This document shows positions 46,201-58,316 of a stretch of DNA of 64,000 nt, one piece after another. Made by a program: the position numbers and the translations under genes. The notes under the pieces are model-generated. The model was not told where the DNA came from. It did no database searches and saw nothing but the letters and a program-made list of their open reading frames with translations. This DNA comes from Macrostomum lignano (lineage: Eukaryota), in the NCBI GenBank assembly GCA_002269645.1, contig NIVC01000808.1, forward strand, positions 248,001 to 312,000, written 5' to 3'. Position 1 is the stretch's first letter; every line of letters starts with the position of its first letter.

Positions 46201-49200
46201 GACACCCAGTCTACTCTGAAGACACCCAGTCTACTCTGAAGACACCCAGTTTACTCTGAAGACACCCAGTTTACTCTGAAGACACCCAGTCTACTCTGAA
46301 GACACCCAGTCTACTCTGAAGACACCCAGTCTACTCTGAAGACACCCAGTCTACCCTGAAGACATGAGACCTTCTCCAAAGACACCTGTCTGCTCTATAG
46401 ACGCCTCAGCAATACTTCGTAAATCTCGTTTCTATATTGAATTGCCGGCAACTTTCAGGTGCGCAATATGTACATTCTTTTACTCGAGACCCCACCCCAA
46501 GCGTGTCAAAGCTGACTCACATCCCGCTGCAGCAGAATGCGGAACTGGTCAATCATACTCTCGCCAAAGAAGAAGTAGTTGGAGGTGAATAGAAAGAACC
46601 AGCTCAGAGTGCGGAACCACGGCAGGTCCTGGCTTTTGTACACAACGTAGCCAATGTTGATGATCTCGTAGAAGCACATCATTTGAATGATGAGGATCTG
46701 CGATGCGGGAAACCACCGAGTGAGCATGAAAAATCGGCTGTCTTGGAAAAAATGTGGCGTTCAATTTCGGTCTGAAAGCGCTCACTCACCAGCACAACCA
46801 TTGCCAGAGGTCCCAAATAGACAATGACGGAGAATATGACAATCATGACTATGCTCATGATGCCGCGGACTACCCAGTTCTGCCAGCGGGGCGGCAGAGG
46901 AGCCAACAGGCGCTGCAAGATGCCCGGTGACTGGTCGGTGCCTTGCCCGATGGACTGCGCCACGGCCGGGTCCACGGGGGCTGCTGCCGGCTCATCGTCA
47001 GCAGAGTCAGCAGAGGCCACCTTTGGGTGAAATGTGAGCAAGTTTAGAAGATTAAAAAAATAGAAAATAGAGGTCTGTTGAGATCTTGTTTCGGTTCAAA
47101 ATCTTGAACCTGTCTAAATTAAAATGCCCCCTTTACATGCAAGTCTAGGGGGCCGTAGCCTAGCTCGGTCTAGCGCAGGCTCTGGTGTGCCAGAGACCCA
47201 GGCTCGATTCCAAGTGCAGTCACATTAATTTGGAGCTGAATTGGAATCTCGGCTTGGCTCTGCTCGTGCAATTAACAGCCTTGAGAGCCAACCCCCCCAA
47301 GGCGCAGTGAAGTGCACATGCCTAACGATAATATAAAGTTAGGGCCGCTGTACACTCCTGTGTGAGTGTGTGCCTGTGTACGTATCCACGCGCTTGTATG
47401 CCTGCTCAGGGGAGTCGGCGGAATGGGCAGTAATGCCTCTCGCCGGTTGTGTGCCCATGTCGCTTAAAGTGCGCCAGGGTGCACACAACCCCCTGCCTCT
47501 AATAAAAAAATACATGCAAGTCTAGCCATGGTAAAAGAGGGGGGCAGCTGCCCCCATCCCTTGGATCCACCACTGGCATCATAAGTTTTATAAGTTAAAC
47601 ATAAATAATAGATGAGTATTGATTCTATAATTATTAGGATTCTTAGAATTTCAGCTGGCATCCTGGTTTTCAGTTTGCATCCTAAGTTTGTATCAAATAG
47701 CAGAGATTCTGACACTTAAAGCCAGTCTATAAATATAGGGTATATCTTTCCTACACAAAAATTTTCTATATTGATATATCAATTTCCCTTTGTTATGGAA
47801 AAAATCTTGACTTTGAAATTTCTAATTGAATTTCATATCTGGCCTACTGCAATGTGGTTAGATATATAGCCAATGACAAAAATATTAAAATTTTGCAATT
47901 GAAAAAATTAATAAAACAAAAACAAACTAGCAAAGAATAGATTAATGAACTCTTTTAAATATTAAAACAGTTTATAAAAAATCTATGCTATGAAGGTCAA
48001 AACTATAATTAATACACATTAAGAAAAATCAATTAAGCTGAAACTCTTTTATAACCTTTTATATTTATAACCTTTATTATTTAAATAAAATTATGTACTA
48101 GTGCCTATCATAACTGCCTTCATAAAATCTATAATAGTTCGTTTTATTTCTATATTATAGTGACAATGCTTTACACGCTAAAATTGATCAAACTTTAGTC
48201 AAATTAAATTAGCACAAAAAACTAGGAAACACTACTCTATTTTGTTTAACTGAGCAAATTATTATTGGTAATTATTTTTGTTATAAATGTAGTCCCTCCA
48301 GACCCTATATATGAGCTGATTTTCCGACAAATAAAGCAACTTGCTCTTAGCTTGTTCATTTGCTAAACTCAGTAATATTCTTAGACTTGTTCTTGTATAA
48401 AACTTTGAATTCTTACCAAGTTAGTTATTTGTAAAACTAAAGAGTTGAAGTGCTCAGAGACTTACTAAGAGAAAGGATTGGGGAAATATACTAATGGAAT
48501 TTGTAGAAACATACTAAGAAAGAAGAGCCGTGACCCTATGATCCAGGTGACGCCCTAGAGACTAGAAGAATAGTACAAGTATACTAGTAGACTACCCAGG
48601 CCATACATTAGATGCTACCAGACTAATACACTAGATGCTATCAGACTAATACACTAGATGCTATCAGACTAAAACACTAGACACTATCAGACTAATACAC
48701 TAGACACTACCAGACTAACACATTAGATGCTACCAGATTAATACATTAAATGCTACAAGAAACATCTTAAATGGGATTCTAAGAAACAGTTAGGAAATTA
48801 ATACAAACCAAGCATAACCTTATTGTTAGTAGTAGGAATTTAATAGAGAGGCAACTTTGGTGACATAGTTGGAGGACAGAAGTAGCCCTGGAACAACTTG
48901 GTGGCTTAATGGTGGGATTGAAATATATAAAGTAAGAAGAAACACCCCTGGGACAATTATTTGATATATCATTGAGGCCTGGGTTTATTTTTGTGCTCTG
49001 AGTGTGCATATGCACTCTAAATTTTAAAACTTTACCCTAAAATTAAAAATTGGGTGCAGTTTAAGTGTGGTCTCATAAACTATTTTTCCATTGAAGCCTC
49101 ATTTGCATTGCCTTGAAATAAGAAAAAAGAGAAATTGCACAATGAAAGTGAGTATAGGGTATGATTTTGCACCATGTCTCTGGCGAAAAAGAAAACCCTG

Positions 49201-50489
49201 ATTGAGTCATAGTCTTATTAGTTTCAAAAAGCATTATTAGATAAGATTAAAATTTATAGCAAAGTGTATATATAATTTTTGACTGCCAAATTTACCATAC
49301 TCAGGAAGGTGTCACGTGTGCGCTAGAATATATTTCAGCGTATTTTTGGAGTGTCCACTGTGCGCGAAGCTAAAATATGAATTTTTGCCCCGAGTCTACA
49401 TTCGTTTATTGACAAATACATAGCTAGAGTACTAATGCGCCGTAGCACTAAAAACTCAATAAAAGTCCAATTAAAACAAAACTAAAAAAATGGATAAATT
49501 TTTGTACATTATGTAGGCTTTTTTTCAACTTAAAACTTTTGCTTTATTTTAGCTTACGTAGAGAATTTTCAAAAGAAATAGCTCTAACTTTACCTTAAAA
49601 TCCAATTTTGAATTTTATTATTCGTTTTACTTACCAAGAAACAATTTTTTTATTAATATGCTTGGAAAAAACATAATCTTAAAGCATATTTTACGCACTA
49701 CATATGCAGATTATACATTTAGGTGACTCAATATGAGCTAAATTTTTCTGATCAGGTTTTGCTATGCGCCACTGTGCGCTAAAAACTTCTGCTAAGCCTT
49801 TGTTGTGCGCCGTGTGCACCACCCACTTCGCGCATATTTTTTGTTGATATGCGCCAGAATTTTCCACCATGATGTACACCTTCCTGAGTGTGGCAAATTT
49901 ATAGGTTACATTGATTTTCCATTGTAAGAAAAATTCTATTGATAATTTAGCAAATATTAAATTGCTATATTTAGTTTATTAAAGATTTTAAAGGAATAAG
50001 CTTAAAAAGCTTTTAATCTAATAAAATATTAACTAAATTAAATAACTTTTAATTATTACTTTTCCCATAAAATTGATAACAAGTAGTGTATAATATAAAG
50101 CATTAATCACAGATGAAAACTGTATCATTAATAATAAAATATTATGTCATTAATAGTATTTTACTATTATTAAAATTTTAATTAATAAATAAGTCACAAG
50201 TTATAATAAAGGGCTAAAGGAAATAACCTTAATACTTACAAATTCAAATTACTATAATAGGTCATGAAAATTCAAAATCTGAATAAAATACTTATACAGG
50301 CCCAATCAAGCTAATGTTACAATTACATGTGACTATGACATCTATGGAGCATTTAGCCATTCATTAAAAAAAACTTTTTCAAAATACCTTTCTTCGACGA
50401 ACTTCATCAGATTTCAATCCTTGACCGACTTCCAATTCTTCTTTTTTCTTATCCTCTACACCTGATTCATCATTCAAGCTGTCTGCCAT
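37215..50489 (-). CDS. CDS: Phosphatidate cytidylyltransferase (CDP-diacylglycerol synthase), 8 exons, 457 aa
   Basis: Exons 50489-50388, 47020-46790, 46697-46521, 45064-44945, 44863-44781, 43915-43618, 38109-37877, 37344-37215; all GT-AG, total 1374 nt. Signatures [68 protein letters not shown]. Exon 1 assignment is the least certain. Confidence 0.95.
37400..37700. repeat. 40-bp minisatellite (TGCCCATTATTCAGTTCTATGGGCTAGACTAGCAATCCAC), about 7 copies
   Basis: Read directly; in the last CDS intron. Confidence 0.93.
38417..38653. repeat. 85-bp direct repeat x2.8, two CCAAT boxes per unit
   Basis: Units start near 38417, 38502 and 38587; GGCCAATC and AGCCAATG occur in each. Confidence 0.9.
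40276..41223 (+). mobile_element. SINE head followed by ~16 tandem copies of a ~50-bp unit derived from the SINE central domain
   Basis: B box GGTTCGATTCC at 40335-40345; array CCACCAAGGCACAGAGGGTGTGTACACGCCTGACACAAGGACTACTCACC at 40417-41223. Confidence 0.75.
41295..42439. mobile_element. Non-autonomous TIR element with ~90-bp imperfect terminal inverted repeats
   Basis: ACACTACGGAGATTGGAAG...GATAGGAGGCAGACCCAGTGTTCATCTTTTG at the left end is matched in reverse at 42355-42439; the peptide echo [12 protein letters not shown] appears in both track ORFs. No TSD identified. Confidence 0.8.
41893..42334. mobile_element. Nested PIF/Harbinger-like MITE (442 bp)
   Basis: TIRs GGGGGTATTTCTCAAAAC and the reverse complement GGGGGTCTTTCTCGAAAG; flanked by CTG at 41890-41892 and 42335-42337 (3-bp CWG TSD). 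Confidence 0.65.
42890..43590. repeat. 23-bp minisatellite (GAGAATCACTCAGTCTGATGCAT)
   Basis: Read directly. Confidence 0.95.
44020..44728. repeat. 27-bp minisatellite (AAATCTCACATGAGATCAGCTCAATCG)
   Basis: Read directly; source of the ISCEISIEL ORFs. Confidence 0.95.
45165..46362. repeat. 20-bp minisatellite (CTGAAGACACCCAGTCTACT), about 60 copies
   Basis: Read directly. Confidence 0.97.
47149..47510 (+). mobile_element. tRNA-derived SINE, family 2 (copy 2), with 15-bp TSD
   Basis: TSD TACATGCAAGTCTAG at 47134-47148 and 47511-47525; B box GGCTCGATTCC; AATAAAAAAA tail. Confidence 0.92.
48605..48755. repeat. 23-bp repeat (ACCAGACTAATACACTAGATGCT), about 6 copies
   Basis: Read directly. Confidence 0.85.
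49288..49900. mobile_element. MITE-like element (~610 bp) with ~25-bp TIRs
   Basis: AAATTTACCATACTCAGGAAGGTGT at the left end; ACACCTTCCTGAGTGTGGCAAATTT at the right end. Confidence 0.7.
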
Positions 50490-51429
50490 TTTAAATATTT
50501 ACTACACTATTTTAAACTCAGTAGTAGAACTAATATTAATAAACCCAACTAACTTTAGTTTTAAAAATACTGTAATTGTTTAGCTTTGTAATTTATTTTT
50601 GTTTTGATTCGACACAGAGGCTTATGTATGAAACTGATAGACTAACGCGGTAATGCTCTTTAGAGTATTTAAGGGTTCAGTTTATATTTTATGCAGACCT
50701 TCCGTGCAAATTGAATATGTGACCTAAGTAATTAACTGCCCAAACCAAGCACTTTCTAGGAAAAGTTGAGATTGAACTTGCGCCTAAACTAAACTAAATA
50801 TCGTTATTGAACTAAACATCGTAAATGTTACCGTGGCATGCTAAAATGCACACCTTTGGTTTTAGGCTGTTGGTACTAAATTACTAATATAATAATAATT
50901 ACAGAAAGCTTTTGACCACCCCGACAAAACAAACGACTTAGGCGATATCGTTCGAACTCCAACAATAAGGCAATTTCTGCCTCTTGACGTTGAGTTACTC
51001 TACCCTCTAAATCTGTTAGTTAAGATCCAAAAGGGTTAAAACGCAGTTTGAATTGAAACTCGATACACTGTAATCGGTACTCGATAGATAGACACAGACA
51101 GACCATTTTTAGTATATGGACGTACATGTAACAAGTATCAGCCAGTGCATGAAATTTCCCTAGCTAGAAGGCGATCTTTGATAATTCTAATTCCAATACA
51201 TGTAATTAGGAATTCATCATTCAAGATCTTCTTGATCATCGAAGACTAGCTAACTTCGCAAAAAGCTTGAATATGTACTACTGGTTTGAACATTAATATC
51301 TTTTAAGAAACACCACAAGAAATCTTGCTGAGTCATGCTCCTGAACTGCACCCGTAAAACATACATGTACCCTCTTCATATATGTACTTTGCACGGATAT
51401 GACTTACTTGCACTCAAAACTAATAGCAG

Positions 51430-54400
51430 CAGACTAGCAATCTACGCCCCCCGTTGGGGAGCCAAAGAAATGCAATACACGTTTATTTAATAAGCTACAT
51501 GTATCCTTGAAATCTTAAAAAATCTCCTGTCAAACCTTGTAAGCCTTGACATGTCAGTAATCCCCCCCCCCACAAGCTTTAACATATCAACTCCCCCCTT
51601 GACATCTCAGCAATGCAATGGATTCCCAAATGAATCTCTTAACTTCGACATGAAGCTTCTTTTATTTTTTACATTACGCTTTTTTATCAGCGATCCCTCC
51701 CCTGAGGAGGCATCAAATAATGTAATAAAAAGTTTTCAATAAACTACATGTAGCTTCTGACTTTATCCTTGAAATCTCATTTATACCCCCGTGAGCCTTG
51801 ACATCTCTCAGCTATCCCCCCCGTAAGCCTTGACATGTCAGCGATGCCCCCATAAACCTTGAAATCTGAAAAATCCCCCGTTAACCTTGAAACCCGATAA
51901 AATATAACCCTCAACCCACACCTGACCTAAACCTAACTTTAACCCAACCTAAAGCCTTGAAATCTCAGCAATTCTTCTCCCCTAAGCCTTGACATTTTAG
52001 TGATTCCTTCTTTAAGAATCACAGCACTATAACGATTTCCACCTAGCTTTGACATCGTAGCAATTCCCAAATGAATCTTTTAACTTTGACATGACTTTTC
52101 TTTTATGTATGCATAGTGCTACTTTTATTTTTTACATAACTCTTCTTCTATCAGCGCCCCCCCCGTGGCGAGCCAACAAAGAATGCAATAAAAAAATTGA
52201 GTAAAGTACATGTACTTTGAAGTAGCTTCTGACTTTTGCTTTGACATCTCAGAAACCCCCCCCCCCGTAATCTCAGTTATTTTCTGTGAGCCTTGACGTC
52301 TCAGTTTTTCTCCCCAGCACAGCATTATAGCTGCATTTAATTTTTCCATGACACCCTTCATGTCTGACATGACGCTTCTTTTATTCTACCATGATGCTTC
52401 TTAATTTTTTAAATGACACTTTCATTAGTTTTTAAATGACGCTTCTATGATTTTTTCACGACGCTTCTATGATTGTTTACATGACGCTTCCATGATTGTT
52501 TACATGACGCTTCTATGATTGTTTACATGACGCTTCTATGATTTTTACATGACGCTTCTATGATTGTTTACATGACGCTTCTACGATTTTTTACATGACG
52601 CTTCTCTGATTGTTTACATGACGCTTCTATGATTGTTTACATGACGCTTCTATGATTCATTACATGACGCTTCTATGATTGTTTACATGACGCTTCTATG
52701 ATTCATTACATGACGCTTCTATGATTTTTTACATGACGCTTCTATGATTCATTACATGACGCTTCTATGATTGTTTACATGACGCTTCTATGATTCATTA
52801 CATGACGCTTCTATGATTCATTACATGACGCTTCTATGATTGTTTACATGACGCTTCTATGATTTTTACATGACGCTTCTATGATTGTTTACATGACGCT
52901 TCTATGATTTTTTACATGACGCTTCTATGATTGTTTACATGACGCTTCTATGATTGTTTACATGACGCTTCTATGATTCATTACATGACGCTTCTATGAT
53001 TTTTATATGACGCTTCTATGATTGTTTACATGACGCTTCTATGATTTTTTAAATGACGTTTTTTTGATTTTTAAATGACGCTTCTATGATTTTTTACATG
53101 ACTCTTCTTCTATCAGCGCCCCCCCCCCGTGGCGAGCCAACAAAGAATGCAATAAAAAAATTGAGTAAAGTACATGAACTTTGAATTAGCTTCTGACTTT
53201 TGCTTTGACATCTCAGAAACCCCCCCCCGTAATCTCAGTTATTTTCTGAGAGCCTTGACGTCTCAGTTTTTCTCCCCAGCACAGCATTATAGCTGCATTT
53301 AATTTTTCCATGACACCCTTCATGTCTGACATGACGTTTCTTTAATTCTACCATGATGCTTCTTAAATTTTTAAATGACGCTTTCATTAATTTTTAATGA
53401 CGTTTTTTTGATTTTTATATGACGCTTCTATGATTTTTATATGACGCTTCTACGATTTTTACATGACGCTTTTATGATTTTTACATGACGCTTCTATGAT
53501 TTTTTACATGACGCTTCTATGATTTTCTACATGACGCTTCTACGATTTTTTACATGACGCTTCTATGATTTTTTACATGACGCTTCTATGATTGTTCACA
53601 TGACGCTTCTATGAGTTTTAAATGACGCTTCTATGATTGTTTACATGACGCTTCTATGATTGTTTACATGACGCTTCTATGATTGTTTATATGACACTTC
53701 TATGATTGTTTACATGACGCTTCTATGATTGTTTACATGACGCTTCTATGATTTTTCACATGACGCTTCTATGATTGTTTATATGACGCTTCTATGATTT
53801 TAATATGACGCTTCTATGATTGTTTATATGACGCTTCTATGATTGTTTATATGACGCTTCTATGATTTTTTATATGACGCTTCTATGATTTTTTACATGA
53901 CGCTTCTATGATTGTATACATGACGCTTCTATGATTGTTTACATGACGCTTCTATGATTTTTTACATGACGCTTCTATGATTGTATACATGACGCTTCTA
54001 TGATTGTTCACATGACGCTTCTATGAGTTTTAAATGACGCTTCTATGATTGTTTACATGACGCTTCTATGATTGTTTACATGACGCTTCTATGATTGTTT
54101 ATATGACACTTCTATGATTGTTTACATGACGCTTCTATGATTGTTTACATGACGCTTCTATGATTTTTTACATGACGCTTCTATGATTGTTTATATGACG
54201 CTTCTATGATTTTAATATGACGCTTCTATGATTGTTTATATGACGCTTCTATGATTGTTTATATGACGCTTCTATGATTTTTTACATGACGCTTCTATGA
54301 TTTTTTACATGACGCTTCTATGATTGTATACATGACGCTTCTATGATTGTTTACATGACGCTTCTATGATTTTTTACATGACGCTTCTATGATTTTTACA

Positions 54401-54640
54401 TGACGCTTCTATGATTGTTTACTTGACGCTTCTATGATTGTGTACATGACGCTTCTATGATTTTTATATAACGCTTCTACGATTTTTACATGACGCTTCT
54501 ATGATTTTTTACATGACGCTTCTATGATTTTTTACATGACGCTTCTATGATTTTTTAAATGACGCTTTTATGATTGTTTACATGACGCTTCTATGATTGT
54601 TTACATGACGCTTCTATGATTCATTACATGACGCTTCTTT
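51430..54640. repeat. Composite repeat: ~270-bp unit plus 23-bp array (ACATGACGCTTCTATGATTGTTT), duplicated
   Basis: 52135-52410 is nearly identical to 53095-53380; arrays at 52420-53090 and 53380-54640; older diverged unit copies near 51440 and 51690. Confidence 0.88.
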
Positions 54641-55099
54641 TAAAAAAGTCTTTTAGTTTTCCTGACGTTGAAAAGCTTTAATTAAAAAAATTATACTCTA
54701 TGAAAATTCGAACCATCGTCGCTGCATTTAGCAGTTCAGTTTGTTCACCTCTACGCTAGCTCTCATCGTTTTGATAACATCAAATTTTGCACTTATATAA
54801 TTCAACATTTTAAAATCCAAGCATAGAGTAAATCACACGAAGCAGTTATGACATAATCAATTTCTCAGTCAGTCAGTATCAGTTAACAATATGGTTACGC
54901 AATTTAAATCAAGTCTGGTGCTAGGCTTCCACACTGCATTTTCAATTCAAGTCGGAGTTACAATTCAGTTATGATGCAATCTATTTCAGAGTCAGAATTC
55001 AACCAGTCAGTTTTTTCTCTAGCATTCTTACAATGCATTTCAAGTCAAAAAGTTTGCTTGACCTTTGCAAAAAAGCATGTTTTTCGAATATTTAATGCC

Positions 55100-55272
55100 T
55101 TTAGCATTGAGCAATTTCTTAGCCACGATGCATGTACCGTCACGGGAAAATTTCTGATCGAACAGTGCAAGTTCGAACAAAATCGGTCCAGCCATTTTTT
55201 CTCTAATCGATCACATAGATAGATAGATAGATAGATAGATAGACACAGACAGACCATTTTTAGTATATAGGA
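55100..55272 (+). mobile_element. Helitron/DINE-like non-autonomous element 3' end
   Basis: AAAATCGGTCCAGCCATTT followed by (GATA)n-GACACAGACAGAC-CATTTTAGTATATAGG; the same terminal ~35 bp recurs at about 51082-51120. Left boundary not defined. Confidence 0.45.
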
Positions 55273-56152
55273 TGAAAGTTTTCCGAAATGCTTATAAGGG
55301 CTTAAAGTGCGAAAAATTTAATGAAAATATCGTGAAAAATTATTAGAGGCAGACTATAGTAAAATAAAGCATCGTTAAATTAATTATTGGTTGACATATA
55401 TGTATTTTAAGCTTGTTTACTTCTGTATTTTAGGAATGTATGATTTGTACTCGCGTAGAATTAAAGTCCGGCACCCACTAGGTCTCGAGGACTCAACACA
55501 GTAATTTCCGATATGATGGAAGCCTGGAAACGACGAAGCACGCCCCTGACGTGCCGCTTGTGTAACTCGATCATCGACACATACAGCGCGCGCCTCCTCG
55601 AAGACTGATCTCTCGATACTCGGATCATGGGTCGGAAGCCCCGTCCGCATCGGGACCCTTAGAACAAAAAACAACAATTTGAATAACGCTCCTGGCGTTC
55701 CTGGATTTTCATTGGGCGAGGGGCAGTGACAAGACAGAGTTTTCATGTACAACACTCGGGAGTCAATGTCATTGCCCAAAATTTCTCCTCATGGCAATGA
55801 CCCATGGCAATGGCCGGCCATTGCCTAGAATTCCAATTCCAATGCAACCAATTAATTCAAGCCAGTTTTTATCCAGCATCTTGCAAAGCATATTTTGCAT
55901 CAGTCAATTCAAAACGTTTATTTTAAGATGTAAATAATTAAACTGGCACAGGAATTGCAAAATCGACAGTACAAAAAGCACAGCTGGTGTCAGTATATCA
56001 TGTAAATTTTTGTCGGTGATGAACATCATACTGGTCGAGCAAAGTACTAAAAGTCATTAAATAAAAAATATTAAACTAGACTGTCGTTCTTATTCTTTCA
56101 GTAATTCTACGAGTACAATTTGCTGATTCCTGTAGAAGTAAAGATTGCATGC

Positions 56153-57642
56153 CTAATTAAAGGAACATCCGTGAAAGGTGCAATTGTTGAAGGCAAACTT
56201 CGTACCAACAGAATAGGCAGCTTCAGTGCTAACACTAACCTCAGTCGATACTGCAGTCTCACCGACAATCTCAACAGCATCAGCATGTTCGGGTGGCCCA
56301 GCTTCTTGCTCTAGATCATGACGATTCAACGCCACCTGAACAGACTCACTCGTCTTTTGAAGCGACCGGTCGCGACGCTTGGCTAGGTACCTCCTAGTCG
56401 TTCGCTCGCTCAGCTGTCCAGTAATGCTCATTATATCGCTCATGCTGCGCCCTGCCGCCTCGAGATCGCATATTCGCGTGACCCTGTTTTAGAGTGCAAA
56501 TTTATATAGTTGGATTCATGAGTAACTGGTAACATAACATGTATCATAACATAATTAAAGTTACTATTATTAATTTATCAGTCTTACCGAATGCAATGAT
56601 TCGTGTAGGTCTTCGCAAGTCCCGCCTTCGTACTCAAGTTTCTCATGAAGCCACTCAGATAATTCTCTCCACGGTTCTGCTTCGAGGAGAAAACAGGGCC
56701 TCCATCGTTGCGGCTGGCCAAAGGACGAGGAAACAGATGGTTGTCCTTCGTTGTAACTGGAAGCAGCTTGAGGTATTTCTCCACCTTTTCCACGTCGTAA
56801 ATTCTGGCCTGCTTGTTGTCCGGCTGCTTCTTGGCCTTCTCTGGATCTGCTGACTTATTTTTCGAGGGCAACGGAGGCAGACAGTAGTACGGCTTTCCAT
56901 CAGAGTCGACGTGCAATTGAAGTGAGCTTCTATCCTTCAAGAACTTGAGGTGCTCCTGGCCTCGCTCGCCAAAGCTGTATATGATGTAGAATAATAATTT
57001 GTCCTGCTCAACTTCAGCTGTGCTGCCTTGGAAGTAGATCATCAGCTTCCTCATGTCCCCCTCCTCGATTGGCTCAAACTGCTGCGTCCTCCCACCACTC
57101 TGGTGAAAGTCTCGAACCTTCACACGCAGCATGCTATTTGCAGAAGAAAAGTCTTCTCCATTGATGATGTCAACGGTTAGCTTCTCGATCATCCGCAAAT
57201 AGCGCTGCAGTCCAGCCCTGATGCACACCAGCGATGCGGGCGAGTAAGGTTCGCCGTCAATCTTTTTCAGTTTAAAGTAGAAGTAGCGAATGTATTGGTT
57301 GAGCACCGAATTCGGAATGGTTTGTAAATTGCGCTGAAGATTTTCCTCTGTGAGGAATGTCTTGAACCGCTGTCCATGGCTGATCATCTGCTTCCTGCTG
57401 TCTGCTGGTAGGCTGTCAATCTCGGCGATGTCCATGGCGCTGATATCTACGCCGCCTTCCTGCAGGAGCGGCAGATGCTCATCGGGCTCGGGCTCCTTTT
57501 GAATGAATTCGAGAAATCTAGCGAACTCGTCGTCCCTTCTGTCATTGTAAGAAGCCTCCGAAACAAAATTCAATTCGTCCTTAGTCACGTTGCCCAGCTC
57601 ACTGCAGGGCAAATGCTTCCAATTAATGAGCGGTGCCTCCAT
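56153..57642 (-). CDS. Crypton-type tyrosine recombinase (DUF3504-like), 2 exons, about 461 aa
   Basis: Exons 57642-56588 and 56483-56153 around a 104-bp GT-AG phase-2 intron. Motifs YSPASL..IRAGLQRYL, FGERGQE (Arg-I), SKN, NHCIR (HxxR), TGQLS, RRYL (Tyr), C-terminal FNNCTF. Confidence 0.88.
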
Positions 57643-58316
57643 CTCTGCAGCCGTCCGCTTTTCTCTATCTGAGATTTGATCTCTAGACACGCAAATATTT
57701 ATATTTGTAAGTAATTTAGGGGTGGGTGCAGAGTAAGGGGTGGGTGACTTCAGGTGCGCGACTTAAAGGTGAGACATAGGCGAGGTGGAGGTAACCTTAT
57801 CTCAAACCCCCTTAGAAGCATCGACTGATAAGAATTCACGATAGTGTACATAAAGTGCGTAGATTACGTAAGAGTTTTGAAATTTTAAGCAATGTTACCG
57901 CTCGTGTCAAAGGCCATTGCCTTAAACTCTGACTTCCGATGAACCCTCCATTGTTCCAAGCTGTACGCTTATTACGCTCATTTTTCAACGCTTCGAAACC
58001 ATTTCAAAATCTGCCGAGTTGCGAAGTCATTGAGAACCTATTTTAGCAGCAAATTGGCACCGCAGGCAAAGTTTTACTTTTATAACATACTTTATAGTTT
58101 AAAAAATTAGATTAAAGACTTTATAGTTGGGTTCATGACCCCATGGCCATCCCAGAAAAAGATCCCAGGAATGGCCACAAGGAGATGATGAAGCAATGTA
58201 GCTTGAATAACTGCTTCTAGGCAATGTATAGCTTCATCCATTGTATCTACATGTACGTAGTATGCTAGCAGTGCATCGCTCGAAGTTCATGAACATTTGG
58301 TTTATGTAAATATAAA

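Noticed and set aside
45165-46362. Regular repeat arrays as possible CRISPR loci (also 19935-20432, 40417-41223)
   Set aside because: Head-to-tail repeats without unique spacers, no cas genes, and a eukaryotic intronic context.
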